A stretch of DNA of 64,000 bases from Candidatus Latescibacterota bacterium. GTDB lineage: Bacteria > Latescibacterota > UBA2968. Under the pieces are notes generated by a model. It made no database searches and was not told where the DNA came from. It was given only the letters and a program-made list of their open reading frames with translations. Location: positions 4,736,001-4,800,000 of the forward strand of contig OZ244960.1 in assembly GCA_965222605.1 (NCBI GenBank). The letters are read 5' to 3'. Each line of letters starts with the position of its first letter. The stretch's first letter is position 1. The position numbers were made by a program, and so were the translations under genes. This document shows positions 56,437 to 64,000 of this stretch, piece after piece.

Positions 56437-57238
56437 TCTATCGATCAGCATATGCGCGATAATACGCTCGTGGTTTTTATGAGCGACCACGGCGAATTGC
56501 TCGGCGATCATGGCCTCACCGAACCTTATGTACGAAGCCTCAGTCAGAGTTCCCTGCCTGTTCTCATGGCCGCTCTCCCTCCCGGCGGGGCTGCGCGTGA
56601 CGACCCCGCTTGCCGGTGTTGATTTAATGCCGACCTTGCTCGATCTGGCAAACGAGACGCCACCCGAGAAAATTGATGGTCGTTCCGTTGCAAACGCGAT
56701 TCTGAATGGTCGGCAACCCGAACCCCAGCCCATTTTTGCCGAGATCGCCAGTCAGGAAGTCATTTATTGGGGGTCGAAAGAACGCGAGCAGTTTGCCGCG
56801 CATGTGATGAACCTCGATGGTCGCTGGAAATATATTCGCAATCGCTTTGATATCGACGAATTGTACGATTTGGAGACAGATTCGGACGAAATGCAAAATC
56901 TCGCGCTTCTTCCCGAATACCAACCGCGTATTACAGCTATGCGCCAGCAAATCGCCGAGATGATTTGCCATACAGGTCCTGGTCCTTACGACATTTTTTA
57001 CGGTGGTTCCGATGGCGAGACCTGGCGGATTGGACATGTCCGGACGCGCGATTTCCGCACTTTTGAACCCAATCCGCACAATCCAATTTTTTCTCCCTCG
57101 CCAGATCCCGACGCATGGGACTGCGATGGGTTGCTAACGCCTCAGGTGATTGAAATTGAAAACCGTTACTACATGGTCTATGCGGGTATGAGGGGGAGTG
57201 AGTGGCAGACGGGAATTGCGGTAATTCGATCTCCATGA
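56437..57238 (+). pseudogene. Chimeric pseudogene: frameshifted sulfatase C-terminal fragment fused to a glycosidase-like beta-propeller C-terminal fragment
   Basis: DNTLVVFMSDHGELLGDHGL (from 56458) is in a different frame from MYEASVRVP...DLMPTLL...ELYDL; then WRIGH...NPIF...WD...TPQVI...YYMVYAG; no CxPxR motif. Confidence 0.75.
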
Positions 57239-57239
57239 C

Positions 57240-58340
57240 TCAATCTTTCAGAACGCGATTGAGCGTGTACTGGTTTGTGTAATGACGCATATTTCCCGTG
57301 GCGTTGTTCTGTTTGATGGCGTCGGTCGGGTTTGTGTGGAGAAACCAGTTGTTGTAGATTTCAGCACTTTCCTGGGGAATACCGCGAATGACTACGGCGG
57401 GTACACTTATGGCGTGAAAAGTGTTGTGGTGGATTAACATAAGATCGCCGGCGATGTGCGTATCGTCACCGCGATCCCGCCCGCCGTGCATGTCAAAGCT
57501 GTGGCTGTTGGCGTTTTCCAGGATCAGGTTGTAACGGGCCTCATAGCTGGTGCCGGGCCTGCCGGTGCCTGCAATATGGTGGCGGCACCAGTCGAACAAA
57601 TTGGCCTCGATAAGGGCGTTGGATTGGTCCAGCACCACGCCATAGCCCAGGCCATAGCGCTGGTTGTGGTGAAAATAGTTGTGATGGATGTGGTTGTCCG
57701 TCGAGTTGGCACGCAGGAAGATCGCGGCGTGGCTCCAGCCCCAGAGTTCGCAGTTATCGACTTCGAGATTGGGATATTCGGTCTGGATGGCGCGGGAGTT
57801 GGGGATGCTGTAGTAGCGCCCTTCTGCATGGAGTTGTCTCATCTGCTCGGTGCGCCTGAGGGTGTCCGGTCCCTGAAAGCGAAGGCCGGTGATGCGGATG
57901 TTGGGACCAGTGGCGACAAAGAGTGGTATGGTTTCGAGTTGTTTGGAGTAGAGCAGGGCGCCTTGAGAGCCGGGTTTGCCCCGGCCGCTGGCGAGCGTGA
58001 CGCCCCTGCGAATGGCGATGTTCTGGTGTCCGGTCAGGTCGATTCTGGCGGTATCTACTATATAAACTACCTGGGCGGCACCAACGAACTCGAGGGCGTC
58101 GAGCAGTTCCATGCGGTTTGTGACCAGGTATTCGGATGGGTCAATCAGGCGGTTATAGCCCTCGCCGCCGCCGATGGGATTGCCGGTGGGGTTGATATCG
58201 GCACCAAATTTGTCATCTGAAAGCAGGGGGTTGTCCTGCTGTCCGTTGCCATCTGATGTATCGGGAGTGAGTGGTTTTTCTTTCCCAGAACAGGCGAGCA
58301 GAAGGAGCAGGGTGGTGAGATATCGGAGCGTTCCTGACAT
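57240..58340 (-). CDS. Lipoprotein with right-handed beta-helix (pectate-lyase-like) domain
   Basis: Lipobox LLAC; repeated IHHNYF / IEANLF / IHHNTF / IYNNWF Asn-ladder motifs. Confidence 0.75.
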   Translation of the reverse strand: MSGTLRYLTTLLLLLACSGKEKPLTPDTSDGNGQQDNPLLSDDKFGADINPTGNPIGGGEGYNRLIDPSEYLVTNRMELLDALEFVGAAQVVYIVDTARIDLTGHQNIAIRRGVTLASGRGKPGSQGALLYSKQLETIPLFVATGPNIRITGLRFQGPDTLRRTEQMRQLHAEGRYYSIPNSRAIQTEYPNLEVDNCELWGWSHAAIFLRANSTDNHIHHNYFHHNQRYGLGYGVVLDQSNALIEANLFDWCRHHIAGTGRPGTSYEARYNLILENANSHSFDMHGGRDRGDDTHIAGDLMLIHHNTFHAISVPAVVIRGIPQESAEIYNNWFLHTNPTDAIKQNNATGNMRHYTNQYTLNRVLKD

Positions 58341-58461
58341 GTCAACCTTCTTCCTTATTTAAGAATGATTCATCAGTGAAAAATTACGGCAATTCAGTTG
58401 ATTGATCAAGTCGAACAGAAGCCCAACCAATACGGGACCACTCACGAGAAAGGAGTTTGCA

Positions 58462-59436
58462 ATGCGCGATATTGTGGTCTTTAGCGGGAACGCACATCGT
58501 CAATTGGCAGAGCATATATGCCAGTATCTAAGCGTGCCCCTTAGCCGCAGCACGATCAACCGCTTCAGCAACGATTGTATTCAAGTGCAGTTGAACGCAA
58601 ATTGTCGGGAGGCCGATGTCTTCCTGATTCAGCCACTTGTACCACCTGTCCATGACCATCTCATGGAACTCCTGCAGATGCTGGACGCGGCACGCGGGGC
58701 ATCGGCTGCCCGTACGACGGCCGTTATTCCATACTACAGTTACGCGCGGTCAGATAAAAAAGATGCACCTCGCATCTCTATTGCAGGGAGACTGGTAGCA
58801 GATTTGATTGATACAGCAGGTGCAAATCGGGTGCTCACGATGGCCCTTCACGCGCCGCAGGTACATGGATTTTTTCGCATTCCCGTTGATCATCTCAATG
58901 CCCTCTATGTGTTGGCGAAATATTTTCAGGGCAGAGACATGGCGGATACAGTCGTTGTTTCGCCCGATCTTGGAGGCGCAAAGGAGGCAACGCATTTTGC
59001 CCGCTTGCTCAAGCTGCCCGTAGCTGCCGGAATCAAACGCCGCATCAGCGATGAAAAAGTCGTGATTGATACAATCGTCGGCGATGTAGATGGGAAGAAG
59101 GTGATTGTTCTGGACGAAGAGATAGCCACGGGGGGGACACTTGTGGAACTTATCGATCGCCTTCGAGAGCGCGGCGTTAATCACATCACGGTATCCTGCA
59201 CACATGGACTTTTTACAGGACAGGCACTGCCGCGTTTGGGTGCGATTGCAGAAGTGAAGGAATTGGTGACAACAGATACGGTTCCACTTTCTTCACAGAG
59301 CCAATGTCATCCCAATCTGACCACCTTATCCGTGGCACCTCTCCTGGGTGAGGCGATCCGCAGAATACACCATGGGGAATCGGTCAGCAGTCTATTCACG
59401 GCTCCAGATTGGGTCGTCAATACGGGGACGGGATAG
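58462..59436 (+). CDS. prs: Ribose-phosphate pyrophosphokinase
   Basis: [37 protein letters not shown]. Confidence 0.95.
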   Translation: MRDIVVFSGNAHRQLAEHICQYLSVPLSRSTINRFSNDCIQVQLNANCREADVFLIQPLVPPVHDHLMELLQMLDAARGASAARTTAVIPYYSYARSDKKDAPRISIAGRLVADLIDTAGANRVLTMALHAPQVHGFFRIPVDHLNALYVLAKYFQGRDMADTVVVSPDLGGAKEATHFARLLKLPVAAGIKRRISDEKVVIDTIVGDVDGKKVIVLDEEIATGGTLVELIDRLRERGVNHITVSCTHGLFTGQALPRLGAIAEVKELVTTDTVPLSSQSQCHPNLTTLSVAPLLGEAIRRIHHGESVSSLFTAPDWVVNTGTG

Positions 59437-59446
59437 GGGAAAGACA

Positions 59447-60130
59447 ATGAAAAAGAAAGCTGTTATCTTGCTCAGTGGTGGGTTGGATTCTACCACAACT
59501 TTGGCCATAGCCGCAAACAAGGGGTACGCGTGTTACGCGATCACGTTTCGCTACGGGCAGCGGCACGAAACCGAACTCGAATGTGCGAGAAAAATTGCCG
59601 CACATTTTGGTGTGCGGGATCACGTCATTGCCAATATTGATTCGCGTGCCTTTGGTGGCTCGGCATTAACTGACGATATCGATGTGCCCAAAAATCGAGA
59701 CGAGAGCGAAATTTCCGATGGTATCCCGGTCACTTATGTCCCCGCTCGCAACACGATTTTTCTTTCTTTCGCGCTTGCAATGGCGGAATCTCTCGACATC
59801 CGCGATATCTTTATCGGTGTCAACGCCATTGATTACAGCGGTTATCCCGATTGCCGCCCCGAATACATCGCCGCCTTTCAAAACATGGCGAATCTCGCCA
59901 CTAAAGCCGGTGTTGAAGGGGATACGTTCACCATTCATACGCCGCTTATTGACCTGACCAAAGTCGAGATTATCAAACGGGGGTTAGAACTCGGCGTTGA
60001 TTACGCTATGACCTGCACCTGTTACGATCCCGATATAGAAGGCCGCGCGTGCGGGCGGTGCGACGCCTGTCTGTTGCGCTTGCAAGGTTTTGCACAGAAC
60101 GGTATGAAAGACCCGGTGACCTATCGTTAA
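59447..60130 (+). CDS. queC: 7-cyano-7-deazaguanine synthase
   Basis: SGGLDST, YGQRH, TYVPARN, GYPDCRP, CY...CGRCDAC. Confidence 0.97.
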   Translation: MKKKAVILLSGGLDSTTTLAIAANKGYACYAITFRYGQRHETELECARKIAAHFGVRDHVIANIDSRAFGGSALTDDIDVPKNRDESEISDGIPVTYVPARNTIFLSFALAMAESLDIRDIFIGVNAIDYSGYPDCRPEYIAAFQNMANLATKAGVEGDTFTIHTPLIDLTKVEIIKRGLELGVDYAMTCTCYDPDIEGRACGRCDACLLRLQGFAQNGMKDPVTYR

Positions 60131-60258
60131 GAGGCGGCTCCATTTTGCCACAATGCGCAACAAAGCGAGAACGCCAAAGTAGGCTTGCAAAATTCAGACG
60201 GATTTACGATCTTAAAAGCAGTTATTGGCCCCATTCACCTTCGAAGAATTGATTGCTT

Positions 60259-61596
60259 ATGCCTGTTCTTTCTCTTGACCAACTCATTGCCGACTACTGC
60301 GATCAAAACGCATATTCGCAACGCCTTTTCAAACGCGCACAAGAAGTTTTGCCCGGTGGCAATACGCGCACTGGCGTTTTTGTCAATCCCTTTCCAGTTT
60401 ATGCCGACCGGGGCGAGGGTGTTTATATCGACGATGTCGATGGCAACCGCCGCCTCGACTTTGTCAACAATGCCACCGCCCTCATCCTGGGTCACACCCA
60501 TCCCGCCGTGAGCGACGCCCTGCGCGAACGCATCGGTAGTGGCACGGCCTTTTTTGGGCCTACCCAACTCGAAATCGAATGGGCAGAACTCCTGCACGAG
60601 CGCGTCCCTTCCCTCGAACATCTGCGCTTTTGCAGTTCGGGCACCGAGTCTGTGGGCAATGCCCTGCGCGTTGCCCGCGCTTTTACGGGACGTGAAAAAA
60701 TTGCCAAATTTGAAGGTGCTTACCACGGTATTGACGATCCGGCTCTCATAAGCTATGTACCACCCGTCACTCCCGATCTCGGTCCCGAAGATGCACCCAA
60801 TTCGGTGGTTTCTTCTGCTGGTCTTGCCCCCGCGACTGCTGAAAATGTCATCGTCTTGCCCTTTAACAACGCGCCCGCTTGTGAATACCTCATTCGCCAA
60901 CACGCCGAAGAACTCGCCTGTGTCATTATTGACCCGCTTTCTACGGCTGCTGGTATGACCCTGCCCGATCCCGAATTTCTCACGCTCTTGCGCGATGTGA
61001 CGCGAGAACTCGATATTCTCCTCATCTTCGACGAAATTGTCAGTTTTCGCATGACATCGGGTGGCACACAGGCGGCGTACAATATTACACCCGATTTGAC
61101 TTGTCTGGCGAAGGTCATTGCTGGTGGCACCCCGGCAGGTGCTTTTGGCGGTCGCAAAGACGCGATGGCTCTTTACGATCCCACTTCTGGTTCGCCTGCT
61201 ATTCCGCAATCTGGCACTTATAATGGAAATCCGCTCGTCGCCGTCGCTGGTCTTATGACTCTTAAAACCATGACCCCCGATGCATATCGCCATATCGATT
61301 CCCTCACAGAGTACATCGCCAATGGTCTCAAAGAGGCTTTCAGGAGTGCTGATATCCCGGCGACTATTGTTACTGCCGGTTCGCTTTTTCGCATCTACTT
61401 TCTCGACTATGCACCTGCCAACTATCGCCAGGCCGCACGAGATAGCAGCGAAAAACACCGCTGGCTCTATTTCTATCTTCTGAACCACGGTATCGCCATC
61501 CGTCAAGGCGGCTGCGTTTCTCTGCCCATGACGACCAAACACGCCGATGAGTTGATCAACTGCGTGCGTGGAGGATTGCGCGTTTGGCCCTATTAA
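60259..61596 (+). CDS. Class III PLP aminotransferase (glutamate-1-semialdehyde aminomutase-like)
   Basis: SSGTES, KFEGAYHG, IFDEI, LAKVIAGG, SGTYNGNP. Confidence 0.9.
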   Translation: MPVLSLDQLIADYCDQNAYSQRLFKRAQEVLPGGNTRTGVFVNPFPVYADRGEGVYIDDVDGNRRLDFVNNATALILGHTHPAVSDALRERIGSGTAFFGPTQLEIEWAELLHERVPSLEHLRFCSSGTESVGNALRVARAFTGREKIAKFEGAYHGIDDPALISYVPPVTPDLGPEDAPNSVVSSAGLAPATAENVIVLPFNNAPACEYLIRQHAEELACVIIDPLSTAAGMTLPDPEFLTLLRDVTRELDILLIFDEIVSFRMTSGGTQAAYNITPDLTCLAKVIAGGTPAGAFGGRKDAMALYDPTSGSPAIPQSGTYNGNPLVAVAGLMTLKTMTPDAYRHIDSLTEYIANGLKEAFRSADIPATIVTAGSLFRIYFLDYAPANYRQAARDSSEKHRWLYFYLLNHGIAIRQGGCVSLPMTTKHADELINCVRGGLRVWPY

Positions 61597-61605
61597 TCGA
61601 AAAAT

Positions 61606-62328
61606 ATGTCTGTATCCATACCAGATGGCCTCGTTGTCCTCACCTTTGATGACGGTGTCAAATCACAACATACCTTCGCCGCACCCATCTTGCGCGAATG
61701 CGGGTTCAATGCCACTTTTTATATTACTGAGGGCTTGAACTTTCTCACGGACAAAACGCGCTATCTCACATGGGAAGAAGTGCGCGAATTACACGATATG
61801 GGCTTTGAAATTGGGAATCATACGCGGCAGCATAAAAGCGTTGCCAATCAATCAGGTGAGGAACTTTTATCCGATATCCGCCACATTGATCGCCAGTGCA
61901 ACCACTACGGCATCCTGCTTCCTACCACATTTTGTTACCTCGGTTATACCAATACTCCCGAAGCCGTTGAGGTGATCAAAGAACGCGGTTTTACTTATGC
62001 CCGACGTGGGACGGCACCCGAATATCCATATCATCGAGAAGGTGGTCGCGGCCCGGCCTATAATCCCGTGCAACACGACCCTCTCCTTATTCCAACCACA
62101 GGCGCGTCGGGACCGCTCTGGAACTTCGGCGATTTTTTGTGGTCGCTCGATCAGGCTCAAAATGGTTGCGCCACAGTCCTCACCTTTCACGGGGTACCCG
62201 ATCTCGATCATCCATGGGTGCATACCAAACCCGCATTTTTTGAACGCTGTATGCAGCATCTCACAGATAATGGACACAGAGTAATCGCCCTGCGCGATCT
62301 CACAAACTACATCGCTATGGAGTCCTGA
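61606..62328 (+). CDS. Polysaccharide deacetylase family
   Basis: LTFDDG, EIGNHTRQH, LTFH. Confidence 0.88.
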   Translation: MSVSIPDGLVVLTFDDGVKSQHTFAAPILRECGFNATFYITEGLNFLTDKTRYLTWEEVRELHDMGFEIGNHTRQHKSVANQSGEELLSDIRHIDRQCNHYGILLPTTFCYLGYTNTPEAVEVIKERGFTYARRGTAPEYPYHREGGRGPAYNPVQHDPLLIPTTGASGPLWNFGDFLWSLDQAQNGCATVLTFHGVPDLDHPWVHTKPAFFERCMQHLTDNGHRVIALRDLTNYIAMES

Positions 62329-62329
62329 C

Positions 62330-63130
62330 ATGGTCGATCCTCTTCCTCTTGTCGCCTATGACACACTTGCAGAGCAAACCGAAGCCCTGTACCGCGATGG
62401 CTATGCCTATCTGCCAGGTGTATTAACGCCCGGTCAAGTGACAAAACTCCCCGATCATATGGATGCGCTTACACCTATCCCGGAAAGTTTTGATAAAAAT
62501 GGGCGTCCTGAAGACATCGGCTTTATAAATAAACACATCAACAATGCGTTCAACCGGCACGCTCATTTTCTGCAATTTCTCGACCGCCCCGGCGTTATTG
62601 AGATCGCTGAAGCCATACACGGAGACGATTGTCACTGCATCGGCATGACCGCATGGATGACCGGCCCCGGGCGGCCCGACCAGAATCTCCACATCGATTG
62701 GCTTCCCTTGAGCCTGCCTGCGGACATACTTGAGGATTCTCGGGTACGCGTTCCCATTTTTATCACGACGGCGCATTTCTATCTCGACGACATCACGGAG
62801 GCACTTGGTCCCACCAATTTCATCCCCGGCAGTCACCTTTCGGGCAGAAGTCCCAATGGCGATATAACATGGAAAGGCCAGACTGAAAAATCCATCATGT
62901 GCAATGCCGGCGATGTGGTCATCTTTCGCAGTGAGGTCTGGCATCGCGGCACGGCCAATACCAGCGATAAAACGCGCTATCTGCTTCAAGTCCACTATGC
63001 GAAACGCATGATTACGCAAAAATATCCCCCGTATCTCAACCGATTCCAGTTTGATCCCGAAATTCTCGAGCAGGCGACACCACGCCAGCGCCGCCTTATG
63101 GGCGATCACAAAAGCAGCAATTACGATTGA
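62330..63130 (+). CDS. Phytanoyl-CoA dioxygenase family (canonical HxD...H)
   Basis: LHIDW, IPGSH, AGDVVIF, WHRG. Confidence 0.92.
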   Translation: MVDPLPLVAYDTLAEQTEALYRDGYAYLPGVLTPGQVTKLPDHMDALTPIPESFDKNGRPEDIGFINKHINNAFNRHAHFLQFLDRPGVIEIAEAIHGDDCHCIGMTAWMTGPGRPDQNLHIDWLPLSLPADILEDSRVRVPIFITTAHFYLDDITEALGPTNFIPGSHLSGRSPNGDITWKGQTEKSIMCNAGDVVIFRSEVWHRGTANTSDKTRYLLQVHYAKRMITQKYPPYLNRFQFDPEILEQATPRQRRLMGDHKSSNYD

Positions 63131-63140
63131 GGAGTATCTG

Positions 63141-63575
63141 ATGAGTTCTCTTATAGGATATTATCTGTGGCTAAAAGTAGTACATCTCATCGCCATGATT
63201 GGGTGGATGATCGGCATTTTGTATTTGCCGCGGCTATTCGCCTATCACGCCGATGCCTCTACTGATACGGATGAGACATTTCAACAGATGGAATACAATC
63301 TTATGCGGCTTCTGCTTATGCCTTGTATGATCGTCGTTTTTATTACAGGCATTCTCTTGATTATTGCAACGGGGAGCATGGCGAGCGGGTGGCTTCATAC
63401 CAAAATTCTACTCGTGCTCATGCTCGCGGGATTGCACGGCATGATGTCGCGTCAGCGCAAAAATTTCCAACGCGGCGAAAACACCAAAAGCGCGGCCTAT
63501 TTTCGCACCTTCAGCCATGTTACAACGCTCATTGTGATCCTTATTGTCGCGCTGGCTGTTTTGAAACCTTTTTAG
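63141..63575 (+). CDS. hemJ: Protoporphyrinogen oxidase HemJ
   Basis: WLKVVHLI, LYLPRLFAYH, FQQME, WLHTK, VLKPF. Confidence 0.92.
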   Translation: MSSLIGYYLWLKVVHLIAMIGWMIGILYLPRLFAYHADASTDTDETFQQMEYNLMRLLLMPCMIVVFITGILLIIATGSMASGWLHTKILLVLMLAGLHGMMSRQRKNFQRGENTKSAAYFRTFSHVTTLIVILIVALAVLKPF

Positions 63576-63599
63576 TGTCCTTTTGAGTGGGAGTGAAGC

Positions 63600-64000
63600 A
63601 TGACAAACGACGAATTTGTGATTCCGCGACGATTGATTAATTCGGACCGGGAAGAAACACCGAGGTCCTTGCTGGACCTGATTGAACAGGGGCCATTCGA
63701 TTTGGACACGGCGGCGTGGTGGATGTCGCATGTGACGAATGGGGCATCGTGGATCGTGGGGTCGGGGCCGGGCGGAATCGGGAAATCGACGACGATGCGT
63801 TCCTTTCTGAGCGTTGTACCCGGAGACCGGGCATTTGCGATCGCGATGCCGAGAGAGATCGCACCGCTCGCGGATCAGAAACGCTGCACGATTGCGCTCG
63901 AGTTGAGCGATCATCGGCCGCCCGGCTACCTTTGGGACCAGGACCTGCGTGACTTCTTCGGCCTATCGAAGGTGGGACATCAGCTTGTGGGGAACGTCCA
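63600..64000 (+). CDS. P-loop NTPase (secretion-ATPase-like), truncated by window end
   Basis: Manual translation MTNDEFVIPRR...SLLDLIEQG...GPGGIGKSTT; no stop before 64000. Confidence 0.7.
   Translation, partial: MTNDEFVIPRRLINSDREETPRSLLDLIEQGPFDLDTAAWWMSHVTNGASWIVGSGPGGIGKSTTMRSFLSVVPGDRAFAIAMPREIAPLADQKRCTIALELSDHRPPGYLWDQDLRDFFGLSKVGHQLVGNV

Noticed and set aside
59447-60130. queC as part of a Dpd or QatABCD defence system
   Set aside because: Canonical short QueC; no dpdA, TatD or associated ATPase genes adjacent.
60235-61542. 435-aa minus-strand ORF
   Set aside because: Antisense shadow of the aminotransferase, with no recognisable motifs.

Overview
Bacterial chromosomal window of moderate GC using the standard code. 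It is gene-dense, and I saw no rRNA, tRNA, CRISPR array or transposase. Housekeeping genes (gltB 5' part, ferredoxin, sulfite/nitrite reductase, moaA, smc, lepB, prs, queC, hemJ, rraA) are mixed with many catabolic paralogues (sulfatases, aldo-keto reductases, enolase-superfamily, Gfo/Idh/MocA, PhyH-type Fe/2OG dioxygenases). That repertoire resembles uncultured host- or sponge-associated heterotrophs (inference only). Top finding: an AbgB/M20D-type amidohydrolase (15839-17161) has a single in-frame TGA exactly at the metal-ligand Cys of GHG-C-GHN, followed by a bacterial SECIS-like hairpin. It is a candidate selenocysteine-containing metallohydrolase. Other findings include an AT-richer three-gene island resembling an ADP-ribosyltransferase toxin plus immunity pair, a duplicated 43-bp covarying hairpin delimiting cassettes, and two TA modules that have lost their toxins. 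Also notable are a tandem duplication of double-domain PhyH genes with diverged active sites, a UshA-like/tetraheme/thioredoxin-fold fusion protein, and a chimeric sulfatase/propeller pseudogene next to higBA. All calls come from reading motifs by eye; no database searches were run.
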